Below, piece by piece: positions 1-6,450 of a DNA stretch of 15,228 bases (its first letter is position 1; the number at the start of each line of letters is the position of its first letter). Position numbers and translations under genes: made by a program. The stretch spans positions 1 to 15,228 of the forward strand of contig CALIBN010000037.1 in the NCBI GenBank assembly GCA_938045545.1, in the 5' to 3' direction. Below the pieces are notes generated by a model that saw only the letters and a program-made list of their open reading frames with translations, searched no databases and was not told the DNA's origin. This stretch comes from an uncultured archaeon. Lineage in GTDB: Archaea; Thermoproteota; EX4484-205; JAAOZP01.

Positions 1-187
1 CTTTCGAAGAGTAATAGTTTGCCAGGATTGACGCTGAGCCCGCTGGAAGATGTGGACCCTGATTCCTAACCGAGCCCAGGGGAACCAGACCTACAGTAGC
101 CTGTCCAAGCCTATATCTGATCTCGTAATATGTGGACTCGAATACTCCATGAAGCGTCTCCTCATTCTTATTGCCTAAGGGGGCCAT
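1..187 (-). CDS. Creatininase/ArfB/MftE-family protein, N-terminal part (continues past left edge); metal ligands substituted
   Basis: Not in the ORF track. The minus frame from ATG at 187 is open to the edge: MAPLGNKNEETLHGVFESTYYEIRYRLGQATVGLVPLGSVRNQGPHLPAGSASILANYYSSK. This matches the family N-terminal pattern T-x-x-E...(L/V)PxGSxEQHGPHLPxGTD. BRE/TATA-like AAAAGGATATATA (minus strand, 213-225) lies ~30 nt upstream. Confidence 0.7.
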   Translation of the reverse strand, partial: MAPLGNKNEETLHGVFESTYYEIRYRLGQATVGLVPLGSVRNQGPHLPAGSASILANYYSSK

Positions 188-398
188 TTCAACATAGACG
201 CTAGAATCCCCCTATATATCCTTTTAATGAATATGTGTCGATGCTAGTCACAGTGTTAAGCCTCTCAGCCATCGCTCAGCGTTGGGCTTAGATTTTAAAA
301 GCTTATTTACACTTCTCTTCAGTAAAATATTTTGCTAGTTGATCTCTGCCATCTCCAGCGATGTTAAAATATAGCTATGCTTAAAAACGACTTCATTA

Positions 399-530
399 TT
401 ACCCTAATGCGCGCGCTAATATGACCTCAACTTCTTGCTCTTCAAAACCAAGGGTGGTTAGAAGTGCTTTATCGATCTCGCAACGCGGTCCAACTCCTTT
501 TTCAAGCTGTTCTAACACTGAAAAGAAACT
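399..530 (-). pseudogene. Short relic resembling the extreme C-terminus of a large archaeal Type IIG/N6-MTase R-M protein
   Basis: Minus frame reads SFFSVLEQLEKGVGPRCEIDKALLTTLGFEEQEVEVILARALG* (stop 399-401), closed upstream by an in-frame TAA. It is protein-like and resembles, from memory, the S(I/V)LEQL...R.EID.A.L..LGF.E.E...IL tail of such enzymes. Unverified. Confidence 0.35.
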
Positions 531-537
531 TTAATAA
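520..537 (+). promoter_or_regulatory. BRE + TATA candidate for the nuclease gene
   Basis: GAAAAGAAAC-TTTAATAA located ~30-37 nt upstream of the TTG at 567. Confidence 0.45.
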
Positions 538-566
538 CCTCTATCATTATTCCCAAATAAGGAATA

Positions 567-1076
567 TTGGGAAGAATAACTGATCTGAATGTCACTGGGT
601 TAAATCCGTCAAAACATGCTGCACTTTTAGGAGATGCTCATGAAATGATTGTCGCGGGTATTTTAACACGTTTAGGATTTGAAGTGGGGTTAATAACTGC
701 CAAAGGAGGACCTTATGATCTATGGGTTATAGGATATAAAGAACCTGGTGGCGAAATAAAACCACTTCGTGTTCAAATTAAGACGGTCTCACAAAAAGGT
801 AATGTTAAATTTATTGGAGGGTTGAGAGGAGGCATAAATCGTCATTATATTCGTCCGAGCCCAAAGGAATATAAATATTCAGAGAAGGATCATGATTTAA
901 TAATAGGTGTTGATACCAATACGTTAGATCTCTATTTGATACCTACTAGATTTATTAAAAAGTGGGGTAAATCCCGCTCAACAGGAAAACTTCAGCCGCT
1001 AAAGAATAACTGGGATATTCTTTTAAACTGGAATGACAATTTTTTAAATAGACTTGAGGAACAATTGTCCCCTTAA
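567..1076 (+). CDS. PD-(D/E)XK-superfamily endonuclease, probable Type II restriction endonuclease
   Basis: GDAHE (motif I Glu), PYDLWV (motif II Asp) and RVQIKT (Q-x-K motif III). 169 aa, TTG start, convergent with a DNA MTase with 1 nt between the stop codons. Confidence 0.8.
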   Translation: MGRITDLNVTGLNPSKHAALLGDAHEMIVAGILTRLGFEVGLITAKGGPYDLWVIGYKEPGGEIKPLRVQIKTVSQKGNVKFIGGLRGGINRHYIRPSPKEYKYSEKDHDLIIGVDTNTLDLYLIPTRFIKKWGKSRSTGKLQPLKNNWDILLNWNDNFLNRLEEQLSP

Positions 1077-1077
1077 G

Positions 1078-2313
1078 TTACTTTTTTTGAAGGATTACCA
1101 AGTTTTCCGTCCTTGTTCTTTTATCGTTTATTCCCGTTGCAGGATTAATACGATATGAAAACAGTCGGCGTGCTACTATTGTGTCTATTAACGTAACTTT
1201 GTGCATCCAGCCTAGTGCCGAAAAATGTTCTGCAAAGATACGATCTATAGGAATCTGGTACCCTCTCATGCTTGTTCGTCCAACGAAGAGGCAAAGATAT
1301 GAGCAAATATTTTCTTGCAAGCGTGTTAATGCTCCTAGAACTCCCCAGAAGTATCTATCATAAATTTTTTGATAATATCCTTCTATCTTATCTCTATATT
1401 GAGAATAAACTTCCGAGTAAATTGTTATAGGATTTACATCTCGGTAAGGGATTTCTAGTTTAGAAAGTTTTTTAATGTAATCCTCTGAATATCCTAGCCA
1501 GAAGAGATCCATTTTAGCCTGACGGATATATTCATGAGATTGTAAATAAGGTGGAGAAGTAATAAGAATGTCCTTCTTTCCTTCCAGCTGCATACTTAAG
1601 GTATCTACACCACCTTTAACAACAGCTTTTGTTTGTTTTGGCGAAAGCAATTGATATTCTTTCATTCTCTTAATCATCTTTCCTATCTCTTCTCCTACCA
1701 TTTGGAAAAATTCATCTTTCCAATTGCGTGCCAACAGGGATTCTATTCTTTTTTTTGATTTTGGTGATTTCGAGAGTTTTTGTCGCTGTGGATCATCGTA
1801 GGAAAAATAACGAGAAGTTTTAAGTAGGGGTATAGTCAAAAGAAGCTTAATATAAGTATCAGTTAAAGAATGATAAAATCCCCATACCTTAAATAAAAAG
1901 GGAAGAAAATCTTGGGGAAACCAGTACTCAAAATTAGACCAGCGTGGAACAAATTCTTCTTTACAACTAGCCATTTCACGCAGCACTTCTCTTAAGTTTA
2001 CTTCTTTAGGTTTCATTATAGCGATTGAATGAAAGGTTTCCAATAGAGGATTAAGATCCCATAACTCATAATTACAGTTATAAATTCTTGCTACAATACC
2101 TGCAGTACCATAACCTGCAAATGGATCGAAAATCTCAATTCCGGGTTTAGCATATTTTTCTAGTACATAAGCAATCACATGAGGAATGAACTTAGCAGGA
2201 TACCTATATAGGCCGAATGTCGCATAAGTTGTTGAGGGAAATGCAATCAAATCACGGAAACGAATTCTTTTCTCTTTTTCCATCCATCTTTCTTTTTCCA
2301 TTTTTACTTGCAC
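1078..2313 (-). CDS. Site-specific DNA methyltransferase, amino-MTase alpha class, probably N4-cytosine
   Basis: Motif X-like YRYPAKFIP and motif I FDPFAGYGT lie near the N-terminus, followed by a central TRD region and then motif IV ITSPPY. This I-TRD-IV order is alpha class, and SPPY is typical of m4C enzymes. Alternative starts are ATG 2301 or 2283. Confidence 0.88.
   Translation of the reverse strand: MQVKMEKERWMEKEKRIRFRDLIAFPSTTYATFGLYRYPAKFIPHVIAYVLEKYAKPGIEIFDPFAGYGTAGIVARIYNCNYELWDLNPLLETFHSIAIMKPKEVNLREVLREMASCKEEFVPRWSNFEYWFPQDFLPFLFKVWGFYHSLTDTYIKLLLTIPLLKTSRYFSYDDPQRQKLSKSPKSKKRIESLLARNWKDEFFQMVGEEIGKMIKRMKEYQLLSPKQTKAVVKGGVDTLSMQLEGKKDILITSPPYLQSHEYIRQAKMDLFWLGYSEDYIKKLSKLEIPYRDVNPITIYSEVYSQYRDKIEGYYQKIYDRYFWGVLGALTRLQENICSYLCLFVGRTSMRGYQIPIDRIFAEHFSALGWMHKVTLIDTIVARRLFSYRINPATGINDKRTRTENLVILQKK
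1082..1088 (+). terminator. Oligo-T terminator candidate for the nuclease transcript
   Basis: T7 run 5 nt after the nuclease stop. It is the antisense of the MTase's terminal Q-K-K codons. Confidence 0.35.
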
Positions 2314-2580
2314 TTATTTAATCCCTAAGCACTTTTTAACCTCCTCTCTATTTGCAAGAACATAATGAGTATATCTTCTGCTTTTGTATTTTATATTCAC
2401 AATACCTTCTCTTATTAGCTTCATCAGTTCCGCTGGGTAGGCCCTAACATCGCTCCACTCCCACCCTAGGTAATGAGGGTCGTTTAAATGGGCTTCCTCA
2501 TGCTCCACAGCCTTCTTAAGTATCTCTATAAACCGGGGGTTCTGAGATATGAAGACCCTATACTTCTCCTCTAGAGACAT
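2314..2580 (-). CDS. 88-aa hypothetical protein with wHTH-like pattern; candidate R-M controller
   Basis: ATG start with a TATA box upstream, and its TAA directly abuts the MTase GTG. PAELMKLIREGIVNIKYKSRRYTHYVL resembles a recognition helix plus the 'L...G.V' wing hairpin of wHTH proteins. Confidence 0.75.
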   Translation of the reverse strand: MSLEEKYRVFISQNPRFIEILKKAVEHEEAHLNDPHYLGWEWSDVRAYPAELMKLIREGIVNIKYKSRRYTHYVLANREEVKKCLGIK

Positions 2581-2618
2581 TGTGTGTCATATATTGTGTG
2601 TATGTATACTATTTAAAT
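2579..2618 (-). promoter_or_regulatory. TATA box with tandem 9-bp direct-repeat operator candidate
   Basis: Minus strand reads ATTTAAAT (2611-2618) AGTATACAT ACACACAAT ATATG ACACACAAT G. The repeats occupy 2593-2601 and 2579-2587 (14-bp period), and the second overlaps the ATG. Confidence 0.6.
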
Positions 2619-2792
2619 TTAGTGTTTTTGTTGCAGGAAAATGGTAGCATGTTACGCTAAGCATCATAACATTTTCTAACATGATTCAGGTTAACGATTT
2701 CGGTAGCAACTTGAAAGCAAACTCTTCATAAGCTGTTAGATGCTAACCACTTTCACCCAACCCTCTCCCTCAAGCGCTTACATACCTACTGT

Positions 2793-2812
2793 TTTAAAAA
2801 GGGGTTTTTAAA
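2793..2812 (+). promoter_or_regulatory. BRE/TATA promoter candidate upstream of the radA-like remnant; also an 8-bp inverted repeat
   Basis: TTTAAAAA-GGGG-TTTTTAAA is a perfect inverted repeat. TTTTTAAA lies 17-24 nt upstream of ATG 2829. Confidence 0.45.
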
Positions 2813-2828
2813 GAACATGTTTTTCGGA

Positions 2829-2919
2829 ATGACTGGCGAATATGAGCTTGAGGATGTTGAGGGCGTTGGCCAAGAAGCTTATGGAGGCAGGCTACGCTAC
2901 CGTCGAACCCCTAGCGGTA
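2829..2919 (+). pseudogene. radA: Frameshifted 5' remnant of radA (N-terminal HhH domain)
   Basis: Frame A (2829-2870) gives MTGEYELEDVEGVG and frame B (2869-2919) gives AKKLMEAGYATVEPLAV. Joined, they match the archaeal RadA N-terminus LEDLPGVGPxTAxKLxEAGYxTxExIAV. Similarity ends at ~2919 and no ATPase domain follows. Confidence 0.7.
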
Positions 2920-2931
2920 TGGGGAGGGTTT

Positions 2932-3064
2932 TCACGGTTACCCCTGAGCGTTAAGCGATGATAGCATGTGCTAACAACAGGGCTGTCGGAGGCCCGGGGT
3001 AACCCTGTGAGGACAGCCCTAGCGTCGCAGGCGAGGCAAACCGGTGCGTGAAAAATCGAAGCCT
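2932..3064. ncRNA. Candidate structured RNA (three-way junction, K-turn-like motif, pseudoknot or alternative pairing)
   Basis: Pairings: GCGATG 2955-2960 / CGTCGC 3023-3028; TAGC-ATGT-GCTA 2962-2973; AGGGCTGTC 2979-2987 / GACAGCCCT 3012-3020; GGTTACCCC 2936-2944 / GGGGTAACC 2996-3004. CGGA 2987-2990 faces GTGAGGA 3007-3013, which favours the + strand. No family recognised. Confidence 0.45.
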
Positions 3065-3166
3065 ACTTCCTCTATTGACCACTAATGTTCTAGAAGGGGG
3101 TTCATCGCTGCATTTGCTCGCTGAAGCTTTTAAGCGTACTGCAAAGATTTATTTATCAAATCTTCA

Positions 3167-3448
3167 GTGCTTGAACTGATGATCCAAGATTACGTGAGCA
3201 GGATAGAGGAGGCCTGCGGGTCCGCTAAGACGAAGGACTATATAGTTATACTGAAACAGGATAGGAGGGAGGAGGCTCTTAAGAGGGCTCTTGAAAAAAG
3301 CAAGGTCTTAGCAGAGGTTCACGGGGTGGCTGTGAAGGCGAGCTTCATGGGCAGGGAGTTCACAGCTTTCACAAACGGAAGGTTGATGTTCAAATCCCTT
3401 AGGGACAGGGATGAGTTGAAAACGCTGCTTGAGGAACTCTTGAAGTAA
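3167..3448 (+). CDS. Small hypothetical protein, similar in pattern to the C-terminal domain of some ThiF/MoeB proteins (TBP-like half-fold)
   Basis: Codon usage appears host-like. Contains an N-terminal ACG and C-terminal FTAFTNGRLMFKSLRDRDE. Start may be ATG 3179; TTTATTTA at ~3148-3155 is a TATA candidate. Confidence 0.65.
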   Translation: MLELMIQDYVSRIEEACGSAKTKDYIVILKQDRREEALKRALEKSKVLAEVHGVAVKASFMGREFTAFTNGRLMFKSLRDRDELKTLLEELLK

Positions 3449-3518
3449 GCCTGCGAAAGACTTAACAGCCGTTTTCCAAACTTTTAAGCCTACGTGAGAA
3501 GCCACGGGGCGAGGGTCA

Positions 3519-4478
3519 ATGTCCTCCAAGAAAACGGAACTAGCAGGATGCCTGTTTGTTTCTGTCGCGGCAATCATATGGGGCTCAAACGGGGTGATTG
3601 TCAACAGCGTTCCCTTAAACGCTTACGCTATAGCTTTCCTCCGGGTTTTATTCGCCAGCATAGTCTTAACCCCTCTTCTGATCCTGGCTAGGAGGCAGGA
3701 AGCCTCCCGGGCTGCTAGAGCTTGGAGGAGCATGCTTGCCTTAGGAGCGTTTCTAAGCATGGGCTGGGCTTTCCTCTTCCAGTCTATGAAGCTTATCGCC
3801 ATCGCGGACGCTGTTCTACTCAACTACATGGCGCCGGTTTTCGTAGCGCTTTTAGCATCCTTGTTTCTGAGAGAGGGGGTTGAGAAGACGACTATCCCTG
3901 CCCTAGCCATGTGCATGATCGGAATGCTAATCATTTCATACGATTATGGTCTTCAAACCGTGGGCTTAAACATGCTTGGTGTACTATACGGGTTGCTCGC
4001 AGGCCTAGCTTACGCCGGGTTCATCATCCTCTCCAAGAAAACCCTCGCGGACTGTTCAAGCCTCGCAGTGGCCTCGTACTCCTATCTTGCCAGCGCATTA
4101 TTCCTCTCGCCTTCACTATCATTCTTCAACCCTTCTTTAAACCTGTTTTCATGGATGCTTCTGTTCATCCTGGGCTTCTTTAACACGGCCTTCGCGGTCA
4201 CACTCTATTTGAAAGGCCTTAGGCTGATTAAGGCTCAGAAGGCTGTTGTCTTCACCTATATGGAACCAGTTAGCGCCGCAATATTCGGGTTCCTCGCGCT
4301 GGGCCAGCAGCTCACCTTGCAAACTTTAATCGGCGGGCTGATGATCGTCTCCGCAGGATACCTAGTGGGATCCAGGTGGCACAGGGTTAGGCATCATCCT
4401 CCGAGCGCCCTCGCATATATTCTGCTAACGTCTTCCGGAGTCAGCGGGTTGGGATGCTTATCAAGGTTCCTCTCATAG
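3519..4478 (+). CDS. EamA/DMT-family transporter
   Basis: About 10 hydrophobic helices in two EamA repeats (AAIIWGS...AFLR; LLNYMAPVFVALL; YMEPVSAAIFGFL). The last ~33 codons run towards and into the convergent ADH gene. Confidence 0.93.
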   Translation: MSSKKTELAGCLFVSVAAIIWGSNGVIVNSVPLNAYAIAFLRVLFASIVLTPLLILARRQEASRAARAWRSMLALGAFLSMGWAFLFQSMKLIAIADAVLLNYMAPVFVALLASLFLREGVEKTTIPALAMCMIGMLIISYDYGLQTVGLNMLGVLYGLLAGLAYAGFIILSKKTLADCSSLAVASYSYLASALFLSPSLSFFNPSLNLFSWMLLFILGFFNTAFAVTLYLKGLRLIKAQKAVVFTYMEPVSAAIFGFLALGQQLTLQTLIGGLMIVSAGYLVGSRWHRVRHHPPSALAYILLTSSGVSGLGCLSRFLS

Positions 4479-5521
4479 GAAAGCGCGTCTGCAACCATGG
4501 AGTCCAGCTCTGAAGGTTCAACCCCCAGCTTTAAGAGGTTTCTCGGAAGACTAGTCCTGTTCGCAACCTCCTCGATCTTTTCAACAAGGCCTACACCGTT
4601 TTCAAAGCCGAGCTTCACAGCAGCATCCTCAAGCCTGCCGAGCTTCCTCTCGAGCTCAAACCTTAAGACGTGGGGGAGCAGAAGCCCGTTTGCAAGACCA
4701 TGGTGCACACCGTGATAGTTGGTTAAGTAGTACCCCATGCCGTGGACCGCCACGGTTCCAGCAAGGTTTATCGCTACGCCTGCGAGCATGCTGGCGTAAA
4801 GCATGTTTTCCCTCGCCTCAGCCACCCCTTCAAACGCTTCGGCGATGTTTCCAAGTATTATCCGCGCCGCCTCTAGGGCGAATAAATCCGAGAGGGGTGT
4901 GGACTCCCTGGAGAGATATGCTTCAACCGCGTGGGACAGCGCGTCGAAACCAGTGTAGGCGACAAGCTCTTTCGAAAGGCTGTTGAGAAGGTCAGCGTCA
5001 ACTATGGCGACGCTCGGCGTGAGGGGCTCGCCGAGAATAACCTCCTTCCTTCTCCTCCCAACGTCTGTCAGCACCGCATACCTAGTTACCTCGCTCCCGG
5101 TGCCGCATGTTGTTGGAACAGCCACTATAGGAAGGGCTTCGTCAACCTGGTTGGGGGCAAAGCTTTCCTCGAGCCTCGCTCCACTCTTCAAGAGGAAGGC
5201 GATGCCTTTGGCAGCGTCCATCGCGCTCCCGCCCCCAAGCGCTACGACAAGATTACAACTGTTCTCCCGCCCTTCTTCAGCACCCTTGTAAACGGTTTCT
5301 AAGGACGGATTGGGCTCAACCTGGTCGAACACCGTCACCTTTAAACCTGATTCCCTGAGGATTTCGACAAGCCTGTTCAAGTAGCCGCTTCTCCTGGCGA
5401 AGCTTCTGCCGGAAACAAGTAGACACCTGTCTCCAAGCTTAGCCGCTTCAACGCCCAGCCTGTTTAAACACCCCCTTCCGAAGACAATCCTAGTCGGCAA
5501 GTAGAATGTAAACGGCTTCAC
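4394..5521 (-). CDS. Iron-containing (group III) alcohol dehydrogenase
   Basis: VEPNP, ALGGGSAMDAAK, VPTTCGTGSEVT, DALSHAVE, HGMG and HHG motifs for NAD(P) and Fe binding. Confidence 0.95.
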   Translation of the reverse strand: MKPFTFYLPTRIVFGRGCLNRLGVEAAKLGDRCLLVSGRSFARRSGYLNRLVEILRESGLKVTVFDQVEPNPSLETVYKGAEEGRENSCNLVVALGGGSAMDAAKGIAFLLKSGARLEESFAPNQVDEALPIVAVPTTCGTGSEVTRYAVLTDVGRRRKEVILGEPLTPSVAIVDADLLNSLSKELVAYTGFDALSHAVEAYLSRESTPLSDLFALEAARIILGNIAEAFEGVAEARENMLYASMLAGVAINLAGTVAVHGMGYYLTNYHGVHHGLANGLLLPHVLRFELERKLGRLEDAAVKLGFENGVGLVEKIEEVANRTSLPRNLLKLGVEPSELDSMVADALSYERNLDKHPNPLTPEDVSRIYARALGG

Positions 5522-5672
5522 AGATAACCCGTTCCACCTCCTGGCTTTAAATACTTATTCTTTTCAACTACACACCAGGCCAGTCAAGCATGCATCCTGA
5601 TCCTTGGCTTAGAATAATGGAAGCCGTTGCTCTGCAAATAAGGGAAAACAGGCCGCTTGCCCCACCATTTTT

Positions 5673-6059
5673 TCATTGGCCATCCGGGGAGGGCAAGCAT
5701 TTCTCAGGCTCTAAAAATCTGCCGGCTGCTTTAATTATCTCAGGCTCTCCAGCCAGCAGCTTCCCATAGGCCATAACCTCTCTAACTATCCTTCTCCCCT
5801 CCCTAGCCATCTTGAGGAACTCTTCAGTGGTAAAGACGCGGGGTTCCACGTCTATCGGCAGCGAGGGGTCTATGAAGCCTGCACTCCTTTTAACAGGGTT
5901 CTCAGACACTTCATCCGATATTATTATAATGTCAGCGTCCGAGAACGCTGTATAATCTCCTCTTGCGAGGGAACCCACCAGAATCACGGCTTTAGCGCCC
6001 CCGGCCACAGCTTTCTCCGCGTACTCCACAAGCTTCCCGATGACCTTCTCATAATCCAT
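5673..6059 (-). CDS. Minimal nucleotidyltransferase (MNT), putative antitoxin
   Basis: ILVGSLARGDYTAFSDADII (GS...DxD) motif. ATG 6059 lies 1 nt downstream of the HEPN stop, so it is preferred over the track's start at 6104. Confidence 0.9.
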   Translation of the reverse strand: MDYEKVIGKLVEYAEKAVAGGAKAVILVGSLARGDYTAFSDADIIIISDEVSENPVKRSAGFIDPSLPIDVEPRVFTTEEFLKMAREGRRIVREVMAYGKLLAGEPEIIKAAGRFLEPEKCLPSPDGQ

Positions 6060-6060
6060 T

Positions 6061-6450
6061 TTAAAGAATCTTGCTTCTGCAGTACTCCAGGATCTCACGT
6101 GCATAATTCACCGCCTCTTCAGCATCCTTCCGAGTATAGTAATCCATGGGTGCGCCTTCGGGATGAAAATTCGGATATCTTGCGGGAATATAGTTCCTAT
6201 CGAGCTCCTTAGCCTTGTTCACAAGTTCCTCAGGGGGCTTGTATTCTTCGGGGAGAGAATTGATCAGGCGAGATACAGAGTGGCCCCAGACCTCAACTCT
6301 AAGCTTCTGGTAAAGAGCCTTAACTGCTTTCCCAGCAGCCTGGTGGGCAGCGAAGCAGGCCCACTCGTAATCGCCTAATTCGACCGATCTCTCGGCGTGT
6401 TCCAGGTCCTTCAAAGCCTGCCTAAGCCAGTCTGAGGCGCGGGAGACCAC
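6061..6450 (-). CDS. HEPN-domain protein (COG2250-type), partner of MNT
   Basis: WLRQALKDLEHA, YEWACFAAHQAAGKAVKA, GHS and YIPARYP motifs. GTG 6450 is preceded by a GGTGA SD-like sequence (6456-6460); the track starts at 6459. Confidence 0.9.
   Translation of the reverse strand: MVSRASDWLRQALKDLEHAERSVELGDYEWACFAAHQAAGKAVKALYQKLRVEVWGHSVSRLINSLPEEYKPPEELVNKAKELDRNYIPARYPNFHPEGAPMDYYTRKDAEEAVNYAREILEYCRSKIL

Noticed and set aside
201-272. ATG 272 minus-strand mini-ORF (MAERLNTVTSIDTYSLKGYIGGF*) that could join the creatininase-like frame by a slip in the G5 run
   Set aside because: ATG 187 already has its own BRE/TATA and gives a normal family N-terminus, so no frameshift is needed.
1749-1756. 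A8 tract in the MTase coding strand as a phase-variation site
   Set aside because: The gene is in frame, and the tract is short and expected in AT-rich Lys codons.
2273-2301. 11-bp direct repeat giving MEKERW-MEKEK at the MTase N-terminus
   Set aside because: Real but low-complexity. It mainly makes the start codon ambiguous, with no functional evidence.
2905-2935. GAA-CCCC...GGGG-AG...TCAC resembling an IS200/IS605 right end
   Set aside because: The left arm is explained by radA-like codons, the hairpin is weak, and no tnpA or tnpB is present.
3035-3064. GGCAAACC...GAAA...AAGCC resembling a c-di-GMP-I riboswitch
   Set aside because: The stem around GAAA does not pair, and the downstream conserved elements are absent.
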